A DNA stretch of 64,000 nt from Octopus sinensis. Lineage: Eukaryota. Below the pieces are notes generated by a model. That model saw nothing but the letters and a program-made list of their open reading frames with translations. It did not search any database and had not been told where the DNA came from. This document shows, piece by piece, positions 63,248-64,000 of this stretch. A program made the position numbers and the translations under genes. The DNA lies in the NCBI RefSeq assembly GCF_006345805.1, contig NC_043019.1, forward strand, positions 3,782,001 to 3,846,000. Reading direction: 5' to 3'. The first letter of the stretch is position 1, and each line of letters starts with the position of its first letter.

Positions 63248-63620
63248 GGTCACTTTTGAGTGCTACTGGTAACATGTAACCCAGTACAACCTGTTGCATG
63301 GTCGGGTCGTCGGTGACTTAACCGGCAACCCCACCAAGCTTGCTTGGTGAGTAGGGTGTTTATTGGACACCCTGCGGAATGAAAAACAAAACCCGTCAAA
63401 GGACGGAGGAACTCTTGAGAGTCAACGGCCATCCAATAAATGCCTTAAGGCTGTATCATGCGCGGGGACATAGAAATAATCGGACTGAATACCTGATCGC
63501 GCGGTTAAACCATTGGGAGTGAAGGGCTCCCAGCCTTTATTAGGGCATCCTTCTAGGAGAAGGTAACTCAGGTAACTGGGATAACTCCGACATAAAACCT
63601 GCGGCTCAGTGGTTACCGAT
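63248..63620 (+). mobile_element. Probable RTE-type LINE 5' UTR remnant
   Basis: GC-richer structured block with GGCAACCCCACC..GTGAGTAGGG and GGGCATCCTTCTAGGAGAAGGTAACTC; resemblance to RTE 5' UTRs is from recall; no ORF follows. Confidence 0.4.
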
Positions 63621-64000
63621 GATGTTGACGTGTTCTTCTTTTCGGATTATGGCTGCTGTTGCTTAGTGAGTGGGATTGACTCAGTGCACAGCCTTTCCTC
63701 ACTTTAAAAAAAATCTTCTTGCATAGGCATTGCATGAGAACAACATTGTTCATGATTGTTGATGGTGCTGTGAGTCTCAACTGAATGGCTGGCTGTAGCC
63801 TTAAAAAGCAAATAAAAGTCACATTTGATCACAGCACCAATAACAGTTAAGCTTCGTGCAGTGGCCATACTCGATAACGAGGGGGCAGCCATCATTTCTA
63901 GCTAGGGACCTAGAGAGATAGATAGTAAGGCAGTGATACTGTAAGACAGGGTATGGGTGGAACACGCAGGTCAGAAGCTAACGGGATTAGGGTTAGTGGG

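Overview
AT-rich, repeat-saturated eukaryotic DNA. It is not prokaryotic: there are no operons or CRISPR arrays. The repeat families suggest a coleoid cephalopod such as Octopus (inference). Most of the window is interspersed repeats and microsatellites. There are six or more tRNA-derived SINE families (working names SINE-A to SINE-G), Helitron-type elements and piggyBac, hAT and Tc2-like MITEs. There are also decayed transposase fragments (piggyBac, mariner, Tc1/maT, Tigger) and LINE fragments (CR1, RTE, Penelope-like). The only host coding sequence I can support is one internal exon (60021-60174, +) encoding the start of a DPF/MOZ-type double PHD finger, so the rest is probably intron or upstream DNA. 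A decayed 28S rRNA fragment lies about 230 bp upstream of that exon. Almost all ORFs in the track are artefacts of microsatellites, SINEs or tandem repeats. The most interesting structures are composite cargo-carrying Helitrons, minimal hammerhead ribozyme motifs at Penelope-like ends, tandem arrays derived from SINEs and MITEs, composite piggyBac MITEs and templated patches. Coordinates were read by eye; boundaries of degenerate repeats are approximate.
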